Source of the DNA: a virus
IMG/VR virus record: IMGVR_UViG_3300023174_000053
Location: 64,001-128,000 of that record
Strand: one strand, 5' to 3'
DNA: 64,000 nt
The notes under the pieces are model-generated. The model had not been told where the DNA came from and did not search any database. It was given only the letters and a program-made list of their open reading frames with translations. Position numbers and translations under genes: made by a program. Below are positions 46,953 to 57,800 of this stretch, piece by piece; within the stretch, counting starts at the first letter, position 1; every line of letters starts with the position of its first letter.

Positions 46953-47186
46953 TTACCAGTCTGGGTATTGAGAATCTATAGATTTTTGTGATTGTTTTTT
47001 TCTACTATTGATAATTCTATTCACAGTACATTCTTTACATTCATATGAATAAGCAGAGGGGAATCCTCTTCTATTTTTTCTAGTCAAATAAAAATCATTT
47101 AGTAAATCTTTTTTTATTTTACAAGTTCTACATTTTCTTTCTTTGAAGAGTAAATTATCCAATTCAAGTTCTTCTTCAAACTTCAT
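46953..47186 (-). CDS. Small Zn-finger protein
   Basis: CRTC...FY...YECKEC; ends YPDW. Confidence 0.65.
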   Translation of the reverse strand: MKFEEELELDNLLFKERKCRTCKIKKDLLNDFYLTRKNRRGFPSAYSYECKECTVNRIINSRKKQSQKSIDSQYPDW

Positions 47187-48835
47187 TATTGATATTCCCA
47201 CATAAAAGATCTATCCCCATACTCATCCAAATGCCACCTATCACCGTCATTATCAACAAATGATGTATCATCACTCAATCCATCAGACATAAAACCAAAT
47301 GGAGCCATATCTTGTTCGATTTGATCTTTTTGGTCTTCGTATATTCTTTTACGAACATCATTATCAGTCATCTCCTTGAAATAATCCTGAACGACTAACC
47401 AAGCAAAAATCACAAGACACATCGCAAGGTCATCATTACATCCTTCTTCTGCTTCAAATGATTGACTTTTTTGAATAAAAGTTGTTAGTTCACTAATAAT
47501 ATCATAATCTTTAATGACTAACTTATCATCTTCAATAATTGTTTTTAGGTTAGAGCATCCAACTTTTTTAACTGTTTTGGACATTTTAATTCCAAGTTGA
47601 GTTTTCTTACCAGAAAAACCCTGACCAACCATTTGACCTGCTCTTCCTCTCATTGAACACATCAAAATATTATCATATTCCAAATCATAATGAAGAATAC
47701 TTGAAACTTGCTCTCCGATATCATTTACTTCGGCAAGAACAAATGCTTTGTTGTATGCTTTTGCTATATCGTGAATGATATTTGGAAAAAGCATAGGTTT
47801 AATTTCATTGTTTCGATATTTTGCGACTACCTTGTATGGGAATTGACTAATATCAAATACAATAAAAGCAGAGTAATCATTACTCATTCCACGAGATACG
47901 TCCACAGTCATTAGATATGTGTGTTTTTCGATTGGATCTTCATAGACATCCATTCCTTTGCTTCTATTAAGTGGATCATCATAAACCATCATTCTAAGTT
48001 TTGATGGAGTAATCAAAGTATCAACAGACCCCAAGAATTCACACTCAAACTCTTGTGTAAACTGTCGTTCAGAAGTATTCGCAATAGTTTGTCGTTTCCA
48101 CTCTGCGTCCCTTCCAGGCACCGCAGACCAATGAACTTCTAGTGGAATATAACCATTCTTTCCTCTTTCCGCATCGTGCCAGAGTTTATAAAACATATTC
48201 ATCCCATTTGGAGTTGAGATGATAATAACTTTTGTACTCGTTCCTGAAGAAATGGTAGGATATACAGAAGAGAAAAACTGTTCTGCGATGTGATTTGGAA
48301 TGAACGCAAATTCATCCAAGAAAATAATATTGAAAGAGTTTCCTCGAACAGCAGATGATGATGTGGATGCTGCTACAATTTTGGATCCATTTTCAAGTTC
48401 CAAAGAACCTTTATTCCAAGAACCAACACCTTGCTGTAACCACTTTGGTAAATTTTCATAAGACAGTTGTAATCTACCTAAAAGTTCTCTTGCTGTTTCT
48501 GCTTTGTTTGCTAGAATTGCAATTCTTATATTATCATTGAATAAAGCATAATGAAGAAGATAAGAAACAACAGTAGTAGATTTTCCTGTCTGTCTTGGAA
48601 GTTTTGCGATATTAAATCTATTTTGATGAAAGTTTGTAATTAGTTCTTCTTGGAAATCATACATATCAAACGGAACCAATCCGTGATCCAAAGAAACAAT
48701 TTTCACATAATTTTTTGCAAAATGAATTGGGTCACTTTTGCATTTTAAGTATTCTTGAATTTGGTCTGTAGTAAATTCAATTTGGACGTTTTCCGCTTTT
48801 AAGTTTGGATTGCCCTTATAATGTTTATCAATCAT
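47186..48835 (-). CDS. Terminase large subunit (gp17)
   Basis: RQTGKST, FLDEFAF, STPNG, DVSRG..DYS, DDL.M. Confidence 0.98.
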   Translation of the reverse strand: MIDKHYKGNPNLKAENVQIEFTTDQIQEYLKCKSDPIHFAKNYVKIVSLDHGLVPFDMYDFQEELITNFHQNRFNIAKLPRQTGKSTTVVSYLLHYALFNDNIRIAILANKAETARELLGRLQLSYENLPKWLQQGVGSWNKGSLELENGSKIVAASTSSSAVRGNSFNIIFLDEFAFIPNHIAEQFFSSVYPTISSGTSTKVIIISTPNGMNMFYKLWHDAERGKNGYIPLEVHWSAVPGRDAEWKRQTIANTSERQFTQEFECEFLGSVDTLITPSKLRMMVYDDPLNRSKGMDVYEDPIEKHTYLMTVDVSRGMSNDYSAFIVFDISQFPYKVVAKYRNNEIKPMLFPNIIHDIAKAYNKAFVLAEVNDIGEQVSSILHYDLEYDNILMCSMRGRAGQMVGQGFSGKKTQLGIKMSKTVKKVGCSNLKTIIEDDKLVIKDYDIISELTTFIQKSQSFEAEEGCNDDLAMCLVIFAWLVVQDYFKEMTDNDVRKRIYEDQKDQIEQDMAPFGFMSDGLSDDTSFVDNDGDRWHLDEYGDRSFMWEYQ

Positions 48836-49014
48836 AAATTAATAGCCATACTTGCGACTGTTTCTTGTTGTTTGAAATAAAGTTTTACATAAGATTTTGA
48901 TATATTCTTCAAAAGTTCTACATCATCGCAAGAATCAATTTCCCTAGAAATTTTTTCATATTCAAAAATCTTAGAAAGATTATCTAATTTAATATCATTT
49001 GGATCCATTTTCAT
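48832..49014 (-). CDS. Small hypothetical protein
   Basis: ORF track; overlaps both neighbours. Confidence 0.6.
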   Translation of the reverse strand: MKMDPNDIKLDNLSKIFEYEKISREIDSCDDVELLKNISKSYVKLYFKQQETVASMAINL

Positions 49015-50311
49015 TTCCTGTGAATAGTAAAGGTTTTGTTGGGTCTTTTACGGATGGATTGTATGATAAAACAATCGCACCAGGATATATTTTTCTTACT
49101 TCAAAAGTGACCTGATCTTTTGGAGGTCTAGCAAATTGCGGGAAAAACATTTGAGCTGAAATATATTTTCCTCTCCAATTTAACAGAATACTATAAGTAG
49201 ATCCACGAGACTGTATCCGTGTATATATTTCTTGAATATTTTTTAAATTTTTCATCTTTTTATAATTATATTTTTCTTTCATATGGGATGAAAAAATATT
49301 ATGAATTATTTCCTTTGTATGATCGTGTGGTTCTACGGCAAAAGAATATGCTCTCCAAAATTCAGGTCCATGTTTACATACGTGCATATGTTCCATTTTT
49401 TTACATTTTGGGCAATACCTTTCTTCTCCTCCATAAATGGGAGTGTCCCATTCATACGCAAGAGCATCAGTACTTTCCGATTTCGTTCCCCAACTATCGG
49501 CACCGACTTTGCGACATTTGACAAGTGCTCCAGAAGCATATGCAGAAGGCCAAACTTTATATCTTGATTTTACTTTTTTATAGCAAGCGTCTTTTTCACC
49601 AGCAGATTCATTTGTGGCAACCATTTTTGCCTTACCTTTTCTATCTGGATTTGGGTCTTCTCTTCTTTTTCTTCTTGCTGCTGTGTCTTCTTCCTCATCT
49701 GACATATTTGCAGCCATTTTTGATGAACCACATTTTGGTTTAGTAGTTTGTCCTGGTTGACGGGCACAAGGAGCACCAGCAAACTTTCCACCAATTTGAG
49801 TCCATCCTTTTACTTTTTTTCCTGTTTTTGGATTTGTTCCACTTGATTTCGCAAACCAATCATGGAGAGATTCATCTCCAGATGCAGTTTCTTCACTAAC
49901 ACCTTTCATTCTTTCTGGTTTAATTAAATCAATAATTTCTAAAAATGTATTTCCGTTTGCATCTTCAATCGTAACTGTTTCCTTTACATCTTTGAACTTT
50001 TTGTGTTCTTTTTTCGCACTTGCTTCCATTTTTTTGAGACGAGTATAATAATCTGGTATTTCATCGAGATGCTGAAGAGAAATATAAGTTGCTAATGTTT
50101 TATTTTTTGTATGTTCGTGCTCAATAGGAATTCCCATCTTAAGTTGTTTTTCAATAAAAGACACTTCTAAACGGTGCTTTGTCGCAATTGCTTCAACCGT
50201 TTTGTGTGGTTTTACTTTAGGGCACTTTGCTTTTCCGTGAGTGGGACAATCCATTCCTTTTGGACTTCCATTACAACTTGCCTCTAAAATAAATTCCTGA
50301 AAAGTTTTCAT
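48995..50311 (-). CDS. Modular internal head protein with a T4-type capsid targeting sequence
   Basis: MKTFQEFILEA; modules G..IEHEHT...HLDEIPDYY, L..WF...GW.Q, DACY.KVK.RY.VWPSAYASG. Confidence 0.7.
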   Translation of the reverse strand: MKTFQEFILEASCNGSPKGMDCPTHGKAKCPKVKPHKTVEAIATKHRLEVSFIEKQLKMGIPIEHEHTKNKTLATYISLQHLDEIPDYYTRLKKMEASAKKEHKKFKDVKETVTIEDANGNTFLEIIDLIKPERMKGVSEETASGDESLHDWFAKSSGTNPKTGKKVKGWTQIGGKFAGAPCARQPGQTTKPKCGSSKMAANMSDEEEDTAARRKRREDPNPDRKGKAKMVATNESAGEKDACYKKVKSRYKVWPSAYASGALVKCRKVGADSWGTKSESTDALAYEWDTPIYGGEERYCPKCKKMEHMHVCKHGPEFWRAYSFAVEPHDHTKEIIHNIFSSHMKEKYNYKKMKNLKNIQEIYTRIQSRGSTYSILLNWRGKYISAQMFFPQFARPPKDQVTFEVRKIYPGAIVLSYNPSVKDPTKPLLFTGNENGSK

Positions 50312-50325
50312 TAGAAATTTTTTAA

Positions 50326-50748
50326 TTATTTAGAGTCCATTAGACCTTTCTTCAATAATTTTTGAAGGTCTGCTGTGGAACCAATAAAAACAGAATTATT
50401 AACGGTAGAAGGACCTCTATTGTCTTCTTCTTTCAGTTTCTTCATCTTGTGTTGTAGATCAATCAACTTATCAGTCACATCACCAACATTTTTAATTAAC
50501 TGACCTGCTACTTCATATGCTCTTGGACTATCACTTTGTTGTGCTAAATCCATAATACTATCAATTGCTTCTTGTCCTTTTTCAATTAGTGAATATAGAT
50601 TTCCTCTTGTATATTCATAATCCTTATCACTCTCTTCCCCAGAAGTCGGTCTTGCTATTGCTTCTTTTGATTTTTTTACAATCTCTTTTGATACAGAAGT
50701 TGCTTCTATCTCTAATGCTTCATCTATATTTTCGAATTTACTTTTCAT
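50326..50748 (-). CDS. Terminase small subunit (gp16)
   Basis: DYEY.R.NL, PRAYEV, VFIGST.DL. Confidence 0.93.
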   Translation of the reverse strand: MKSKFENIDEALEIEATSVSKEIVKKSKEAIARPTSGEESDKDYEYTRGNLYSLIEKGQEAIDSIMDLAQQSDSPRAYEVAGQLIKNVGDVTDKLIDLQHKMKKLKEEDNRGPSTVNNSVFIGSTADLQKLLKKGLMDSK

Positions 50749-51803
50749 AATGATACATCAATCCCCTTTGTTGTACTGTAAACTTTACCATCACCAAAAT
50801 CAAAACGAGATTCACTAAATCCAAAATCATCGTCCATTTCAACTAATTCATTATCTGCTGTTGTAATTACATCAATTGAATCACCTTCATTGTGAGATTC
50901 AATTGATGTACCGTCTTGTCCTCTTAATACAGTTAAAATATTTCCAGAAATATTTTTGATATACATTTCCTCATTACTAATCATAATATAAGAATTATTA
51001 ACCAAGGATACAGCACTTGAAACATTAAATGCAGTTACTTTATCATCAATATTTTCAGCAAGTGTTGTGGTGTTGTCGTTATTGTAATCCTTAATTGCTC
51101 TTGGAGTAGCAGTATATCTCAATTGTCTTGATGCATTCTTTGTATCTGTATTTGTATAATAATCAACTTGGACTTTTTTGATTATTCCATCTGTACTGTC
51201 TGGAATTGGACCAAACAGATATGTTTTTGCTGTAAAGTTTAAAGTATATACCAAAGCTCTTCTTTCTTTGTAATCACTTTCATAATTATCTTCCATACTA
51301 ATTCCTTCCAAAATTACAGGAACATCCTTTTTTTCACCTATTGATGAAATCAAATTGATTGTTAATGAAAAACTTGGTTGAAATGCTGGAAGAATTTGTT
51401 CTACAATTTGAAGCATATCATCATTCAACTTAGTCATAATACTAAGTTGAAAACCAATATTATAAGGAACAGGCATAAAAACTTTAACTTGTTCTGTTCT
51501 ATCGGTAGTTTTTATTGCCTTGAATGTTTGCATAGCAGAAACTTTTCTGCTGCTATCATATTTCAAACTCGTCATCTCAAAAGACATTCGAGGAAGAGTC
51601 ATCGCAACTCTTTTTCTCAAATCTGGTTTTTGTTCTACTCTTGCTAAAAACTTTTGAATTGGACCATAAGCAATAGGAACTTTTATAAAACTATAATCAG
51701 TACCATCCTGCTCCTCGTGCTTAATGTACACTTCATTAAAAAGTGTACCAAAAGCAATGATGGTTTTTCTGATTATTTCATTGTAACTATAAGTTCCTAA
51801 CAT
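50745..51803 (-). CDS. Tail sheath stabiliser / completion protein (gp15)
   Basis: FGTLFN, VPIAYGP, LPRMSFE, QIVEQILP.F.P. Confidence 0.93.
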   Translation of the reverse strand: MLGTYSYNEIIRKTIIAFGTLFNEVYIKHEEQDGTDYSFIKVPIAYGPIQKFLARVEQKPDLRKRVAMTLPRMSFEMTSLKYDSSRKVSAMQTFKAIKTTDRTEQVKVFMPVPYNIGFQLSIMTKLNDDMLQIVEQILPAFQPSFSLTINLISSIGEKKDVPVILEGISMEDNYESDYKERRALVYTLNFTAKTYLFGPIPDSTDGIIKKVQVDYYTNTDTKNASRQLRYTATPRAIKDYNNDNTTTLAENIDDKVTAFNVSSAVSLVNNSYIMISNEEMYIKNISGNILTVLRGQDGTSIESHNEGDSIDVITTADNELVEMDDDFGFSESRFDFGDGKVYSTTKGIDVSL

Positions 51804-51825
51804 AACAATAGAGTTTATTAATTAT

Positions 51826-53205
51826 TTAGTAATTACCAAACGGGTTCTTCTGCGAAAAGTCAACAATACCATCTGCTTCATCTTCAATTTCAATATTTTC
51901 AGAATAGGGGTCATATTCATCAAATGTATTGATTGAATATACTTTATGTGTTGCTGCTGCACCAACTATCAGTTCACCATTAGCAAAGTTTCCACCAACT
52001 ATTGAAACTTTAAGTACTCTAGTATCCGCATCCCAATCTTTTACATATCCAGTAGTTCCAGTCGAAACACCTCTAACTGATTCATTAAACTCAAAATTAC
52101 CAGTAGATATTCCAATAGGACTTGTAAGTGTAATTGTTGGGTTAACAGTATATCCAGCACCAGCATTAGTGTAACGAATTGCTGTTACAATTCCAGTAAC
52201 TGTTAAGACTGCTTCTGCTGCTGCGTTTACTCCTCCAGCAGGAGCAGTAGATATAGAAACAATAGGAGCAGATGAATATTGACTTCCGCCAGAAGTAATA
52301 TTTACAATTCCCAAAGTTCTAGAAGCAAGAACAGCAGTAGCAATTCCACCAGAACCAGATTGACCTACAATTGTAACTGATGGTATTTGTGTATAACCAG
52401 CACCAGGATTAACCACAAGAATTCTACTAATCGAATCTCCAGTTCTTCCTGTTTTGCTAGTCATAATAGCAACTGCAGTAGCATCTGTTCCTCCTACTGG
52501 TGCTTTTGTGATTTGAATAGTTGGTGTAGACAGATATCCAGTTCCATCATTAATCAAATCAATATATTGGACTGATTTGTTTAATGTAGAAGCAATAGAA
52601 ACCGTAGCAGTTGCTCTGATTGCAGTATCTTTAACCATATTAATGGTTTGGATATAACCAAAATCTTGAACTGACCTATCAACTTCATCGATTCCAGTAT
52701 CAATAAGTTCATCTTCGTATCTGAAGATTTCACATCTCAGTTCATAAACATAAAGATTGTTTAACTGATAAAATGGAACTTTTCCTTCAACATATTTGAT
52801 TTCAAAAAGACCATTATCAATTGGAAGATAAATTAAATCTCCCTCTTGTGGTCTTGTGGCAACTTTAATATCTGGATCATCCAATATAAATGGAGATATA
52901 AAATCTTCGTATCTTTCCTTTGAAATGATAAGAGTTAGTTCATCACTTGTTTTCACACCAAATTTTGATAAAATATCTCCTTGTCCCCCAAATCCATTAA
53001 AATTTGAAATATATGCTTCAATTCTAAAACTATCATCAAATTTTGATACTAAAACTTCTTTAATAATAGTTTTTTCATTAATTAACTGTCTGGGCATATA
53101 AACAACATCTTGCCCATACATTTTTAGTTGTTCATTAATTAAATCCTGAACAAGTCTTTGTTCACTGGAAGAACCTCCCAGAAAATAGGGATTTAGTGGT
53201 GCCAT
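51826..53205 (-). CDS. Neck protein (gp14) with inserted beta-repeat region
   Basis: NPYF, EQRL.QDL..E, RP.EGDLIY.P, FEIKYVE, NPFG. Confidence 0.92.
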   Translation of the reverse strand: MAPLNPYFLGGSSSEQRLVQDLINEQLKMYGQDVVYMPRQLINEKTIIKEVLVSKFDDSFRIEAYISNFNGFGGQGDILSKFGVKTSDELTLIISKERYEDFISPFILDDPDIKVATRPQEGDLIYLPIDNGLFEIKYVEGKVPFYQLNNLYVYELRCEIFRYEDELIDTGIDEVDRSVQDFGYIQTINMVKDTAIRATATVSIASTLNKSVQYIDLINDGTGYLSTPTIQITKAPVGGTDATAVAIMTSKTGRTGDSISRILVVNPGAGYTQIPSVTIVGQSGSGGIATAVLASRTLGIVNITSGGSQYSSAPIVSISTAPAGGVNAAAEAVLTVTGIVTAIRYTNAGAGYTVNPTITLTSPIGISTGNFEFNESVRGVSTGTTGYVKDWDADTRVLKVSIVGGNFANGELIVGAAATHKVYSINTFDEYDPYSENIEIEDEADGIVDFSQKNPFGNY

Positions 53206-54020
53206 TATCCTATCATATCCATTGGAGGTAATTCGTATTCTGTCTTGAGTTCTCTTTCAAGTTCTTCAATTTCTCTAATCGCATCATTTAATATTCTTTC
53301 ACCATTCATCGTAATTCCACCAGGAAGTTGAACTCCATTAAACTTAATTAAATTCTGTCCCCATTGTCTTTTGATAATTGCTGTTAAATATCTTTTCAAC
53401 CACCAATCGTTATATACAGCAGAAAAATCTGATGGGTCTACAATTCGAATACAATCAACAATAATATAACTATTTTCATTTACCATTGCCCAGTCTATAT
53501 CCAAATATAGTCTGTGTTGCTTTTTGTTAAATCTCAATTGAACATCTGGAGTTATTAATCTACTAATATCTTCCAAATGTGTTTTTACCATTGCATAATT
53601 CAATAAATCAAGAGCACCATAATAATACAAATCATTCAAAAATATTTGATATTTGATATTAAATAAACCAGATGATATAGTATTTGCATCTGATTTGAAT
53701 ACGTTATTTACTCCAATAATTGTATCTGGAAGTTGAATAAAATTAGTTGTTTCTTGATAAGATACCGTTGTAATTCCAACAGAAGAATTACCAGTTGAAC
53801 TTGTAATACCTGTTCTTACTATAGTTTTTTCATCTGGAAGAAGTTTGTGCTTTAAATATACTCTTGCTGCACCATCATAATGCCTTTCATTAAAAAATTG
53901 AATAGCATCATCCACCAAATCGTCAATTTGATCGTCATCGACATTGACTTCTAAAACAGGATATCCAAGTTTTCGCAAACAATAATCAATTAATCCCTGA
54001 CGACTTGATGGTTGAGACAT
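53205..54020 (-). CDS. Neck protein (gp13)
   Basis: YCLR.LG.PV..VNV, QWGQNL.KF.G.QLPGG...NG. Confidence 0.94.
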   Translation of the reverse strand: MSQPSSRQGLIDYCLRKLGYPVLEVNVDDDQIDDLVDDAIQFFNERHYDGAARVYLKHKLLPDEKTIVRTGITSSTGNSSVGITTVSYQETTNFIQLPDTIIGVNNVFKSDANTISSGLFNIKYQIFLNDLYYYGALDLLNYAMVKTHLEDISRLITPDVQLRFNKKQHRLYLDIDWAMVNENSYIIVDCIRIVDPSDFSAVYNDWWLKRYLTAIIKRQWGQNLIKFNGVQLPGGITMNGERILNDAIREIEELERELKTEYELPPMDMIG

Positions 54021-54047
54021 TATTTAATTGAAAACTCTAATTATTTA

Positions 54048-54275
54048 TCAGTATGTACCGCCATCAATAAATGGATATGGGTTCCATTCTTCTGTTGCTG
54101 AATTGTAAACAAGCACTGAATTATTTGGAATTCCAGCAGAAGCATTAATGTCATCTAAATCAGAAAGTTTCATTTTTAAATTTGCAACAGCAGAAACTAC
54201 CCTGTTTGCGTTATCAGCACCAAGTCTTACTTTTATTAAATTGTCTGAATTAGTTCTTACTCTAATGTCTGACAT
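54048..54275 (-). CDS. Small virion protein
   Basis: L.DL.D....G....VLVYN...W; ends DGGTY. Confidence 0.6.
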   Translation of the reverse strand: MSDIRVRTNSDNLIKVRLGADNANRVVSAVANLKMKLSDLDDINASAGIPNNSVLVYNSATEEWNPYPFIDGGTY

Positions 54276-54280
54276 TGTTT

Positions 54281-54619
54281 TTATGCAGTGGTAATTCCAG
54301 CAGTAACTAAGGCACTTCCTTCAACAACTCTTGTCTTTGCTGTTCCACTATTCAATAATATATCATAACAATATCTTCCTGGTCTTAAAGATGATGTGAT
54401 AGTTGAACCTAAAGAAATTTTAACTCTTCCGTCAGGTCTATTGGGAAAAGAAACTGTAAAAGCAGCAGAAGTGTTTAATGATGCTGGTGATTTTTTTAAT
54501 TTTGCATATCCAGTATATCCAGTCAAATTCAGTGGAGTGTTTGCTGTTGATTCGAGAAAAAATGTCTGATTAAAATCAGCACCTCCTGGAATTGTTATAT
54601 TAGCTACATATATTGCCAT
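54281..54619 (-). CDS. Small virion structural protein (Ig-like/BppU-like)
   Basis: GADF..T, LNLTGY, G.V.ISL....T..L.PGRY.YD, RVVEG. Confidence 0.7.
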   Translation of the reverse strand: MAIYVANITIPGGADFNQTFFLESTANTPLNLTGYTGYAKLKKSPASLNTSAAFTVSFPNRPDGRVKISLGSTITSSLRPGRYCYDILLNSGTAKTRVVEGSALVTAGITTA

Positions 54620-54652
54620 TATGATAACTAGATAAAATCTTTCCTAATATAT

Positions 54653-54853
54653 TTAGGATTTGTTTTCTAATAGTTTTGCGAGTAATAATTTTATCTCAGT
54701 CAATTCAGTTTTTAAATTTTCAATCTCACCTTTTTCATTCAATGTAGAGTTTTTAGCTCTCAAATATTCTTGATATTCATAATCATTACAATTTACGATT
54801 GCATTTGATTTTTCATCACGATATAATCCTTTATGCCCTTCTACTGGTATCAT
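54653..54853 (-). CDS. Small conserved hypothetical protein
   Basis: VEGH..LYRD..S.AIVN plus C-terminal coiled coil. Confidence 0.7.
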   Translation of the reverse strand: MIPVEGHKGLYRDEKSNAIVNCNDYEYQEYLRAKNSTLNEKGEIENLKTELTEIKLLLAKLLENKS

Positions 54854-57800
54854 ATTGATGCAATTGCTCTTAGGTCTCTAATAAGTGGAACATATGATTG
54901 ATTTGTTCCAGTCATAATAATTTTAATTTGGAATCCATTGAATGGAGTTATATTTTTACCAGTAAATTCATAATTACCAAAATCATTTAAAGTATTTGAT
55001 GCTTGGACAAATCTATCAGACCTTCCATTATTTTTTGAAGAACTGATTACATTTCCATTCTCATCAAGATTATCATACCCTGGGAAAAATTCATATAACT
55101 GTTGTGAATCTGGGGTATCATTTCTAAGCAATCTATACATAACTCTAATATCATTTGATGAGTGTCTATACGCATCAAAGAGAACTTTTAAACTATCTGC
55201 TGATTTTTGTAGTTTTACAAGTTTTGAAACATAAATTGCTGCGTTTGGATCACCACTTAATTGATTAACTCTTGGTTCTAAAACAAAATCAGAAACAGGA
55301 TTATTAATTCTATTCATTGTTGTGATAATATTTACTCTATGTAAATCAATCATTGGGGATACTTTTCTATCACCTGTTGATAGTAGAAGTTCCATAGTAA
55401 ATGATCTATTTCCTGGTAAAGTAGTTAAATTTGAAAGTTCATTTACTTTGGAATAAATTGCAGAGGTTTCACTTAGTTGATTGGTAGAATTTAAAGATAT
55501 ATCCTCAAATCCTCTATTTGCAAATGAGATTTCATTTCCATTCACACTTGTTCCAGTTGTTGTTCTAATTTTTGCTCCAATTGATGTTGTTTCTGGTAAT
55601 AATGTTTGTATGTTTGGTCTAATACTATTAAATGTAATATTTTGTGTTGCTTTTGGTCCATTAAAAGATCCAACAGTTGGTGTTGATGAATATGTACCAC
55701 CAGACTTAGTTTGTTTGAAGAACAGTTCTGTCCCAGAACTTCTAACAAGACCTGATTTTGATTGATCTATCTTTATGTGGTAAGAATCAAGTTCAATTGG
55801 ATATTTTACCAAATCAACATCTGTAAATTTATGAGTTTTATTAATTCTTCTAAGTGAAACTCCATTAAACTCATATTTAAATACAGACGCATTTGCTAAA
55901 TGTATTGTTGGAACTGTATTATCAATTCCTCTTGTGATACCAGTTAACGTATTTCCATTAGTTCCTGTGTATGCAATAATTTCATTATCAATAATAACAT
56001 ATCCAATATTACTATTTGAACCAGGAACAGCAAGATTTTCAAAGGTTGCTAAAGTACCAATAGAATTTAGTGTAATATCACTAGTAGAAGTAGAAGAATA
56101 GTCAGCAGTTAGTTTTACAGGAGCAATATCAGATTCAATGCCACTTAACGTAACTTGATTAATTGGAGAATACATTCCGTGATTTTGATGATTGACTTTG
56201 AAGTGCAATCCATCAGTAATATTATTGGTACTAGTTACTGTTGCTCCTGATATTTCTGTTCCATTATTGGTGATTGTATAACCAGATGTTGTATTTACTT
56301 TTCCTTGAATATTATCAACAATAATAGAATTAACTGCTGAAATAATTCCAACATTATTTGGAATAGTTAAAATAAGATTTTTTCCAAGATTACTTGTATC
56401 TGTAGAACTTACAGTTAATGTGTCTCCAGCAGCATATCCAGTTCCACCATCAGTGATAGTCGCAGCAACTGCTACACCAGAGGAAACTGAAAGATTTACC
56501 TTTGCATTTTTCCCAAATCCTGTTAATGTTATTAAATTTATATTTGAATATGTCGTTAGAGCACTTGTAAATCCAGAACCAACATTTGTTAATGTTAATG
56601 TTGAACCAATTCCAACTGCACCAACCTTAGATACAAGATTTGAAATAAAATTAGTATTAGAGGTTTGACTAATTGTATTTCCAACGGATAATAAATTCTG
56701 ATTTGCAACAGATAAACTATTTCCCAAACCAATTAATGCTGAGTTTGAATAAGCATTTAGTGGATTTTTTCTCAATGTTACAATTTGATTGTTACCAATA
56801 TTCAAATCTGGATTATAGAATCTAAATGATGCTGGTGAAGTTACAAAGTCTGCTCTATATAAGGTAAACTTCAAATCTTCTAAATCAGATGCAGTCCAAG
56901 TTGATCCATTTTGTGATTTAAATAATGCTCCAAGAGTTGGTTGTTTAGAAACAATAATTTTTTGAGAATCTGGTTTATTTACAGTTGATATATCTGTTTC
57001 TCCCATTCTTGAAATCCATACATTATATGAATCGGAAGAAGAGAGCAATACAATTGAATAACCAGAACCAACTTTTTCCAAATAAACTGGAGATGGAAAA
57101 GTAAATGTAGTTGCGACAGTACCATCTTCTGATGTTTTAACATCTTTTGGATGTAAGTCCACCTGAGAAAATGGTAAAATTGTTTGCGTTGGAAGACCAG
57201 TTTGCATCGTTCTAATTTGAAATCTTACTGGAATTCCCTTAGTATCTTTTGTTTTAAAGAAAATGTCACATTTTGTAATATAAACTCCATTAGTATCAGC
57301 AACTTCAAATGATTGTGCTAATGGATCTACCCATCTAGTTGATTCTGATGTTGTTGTTGTGGAAGTATTGGATGAAACTAAATTAGTTTCAGATGAAGTA
57401 AATGTTCGTGCATCTGTTTGAGGAATTCTCTCAACATTTGCGTTTCTGATCCTAAGTGTAGAATTTTCAACATTATCCAAAGTTCCAGCAGAAGTGAAAT
57501 TGACTTCTGCTGTAGTTTCGTCTGAAGTAACGACTGTAGTATTTGTTGAACTTGATGTTAAAACAAAAGTTTTTGTTCCAGTTCTAAACGATGGAGTTGA
57601 TGGAATTGTTGGATCAGGAATAAACAATGAACCAATATAAACTCCAGATTCATCTGCAACCAATCTCATATCAGAGATGATTGCAATTGCTCCACTTGTT
57701 TGCCCAACTAATTGCATACTTTTTGTAATACTACCATAAAAACCAGATGAGACTTGCATTTCTAAACTTGCCGTATCAACATTTAATATTGTAGTTGTTG

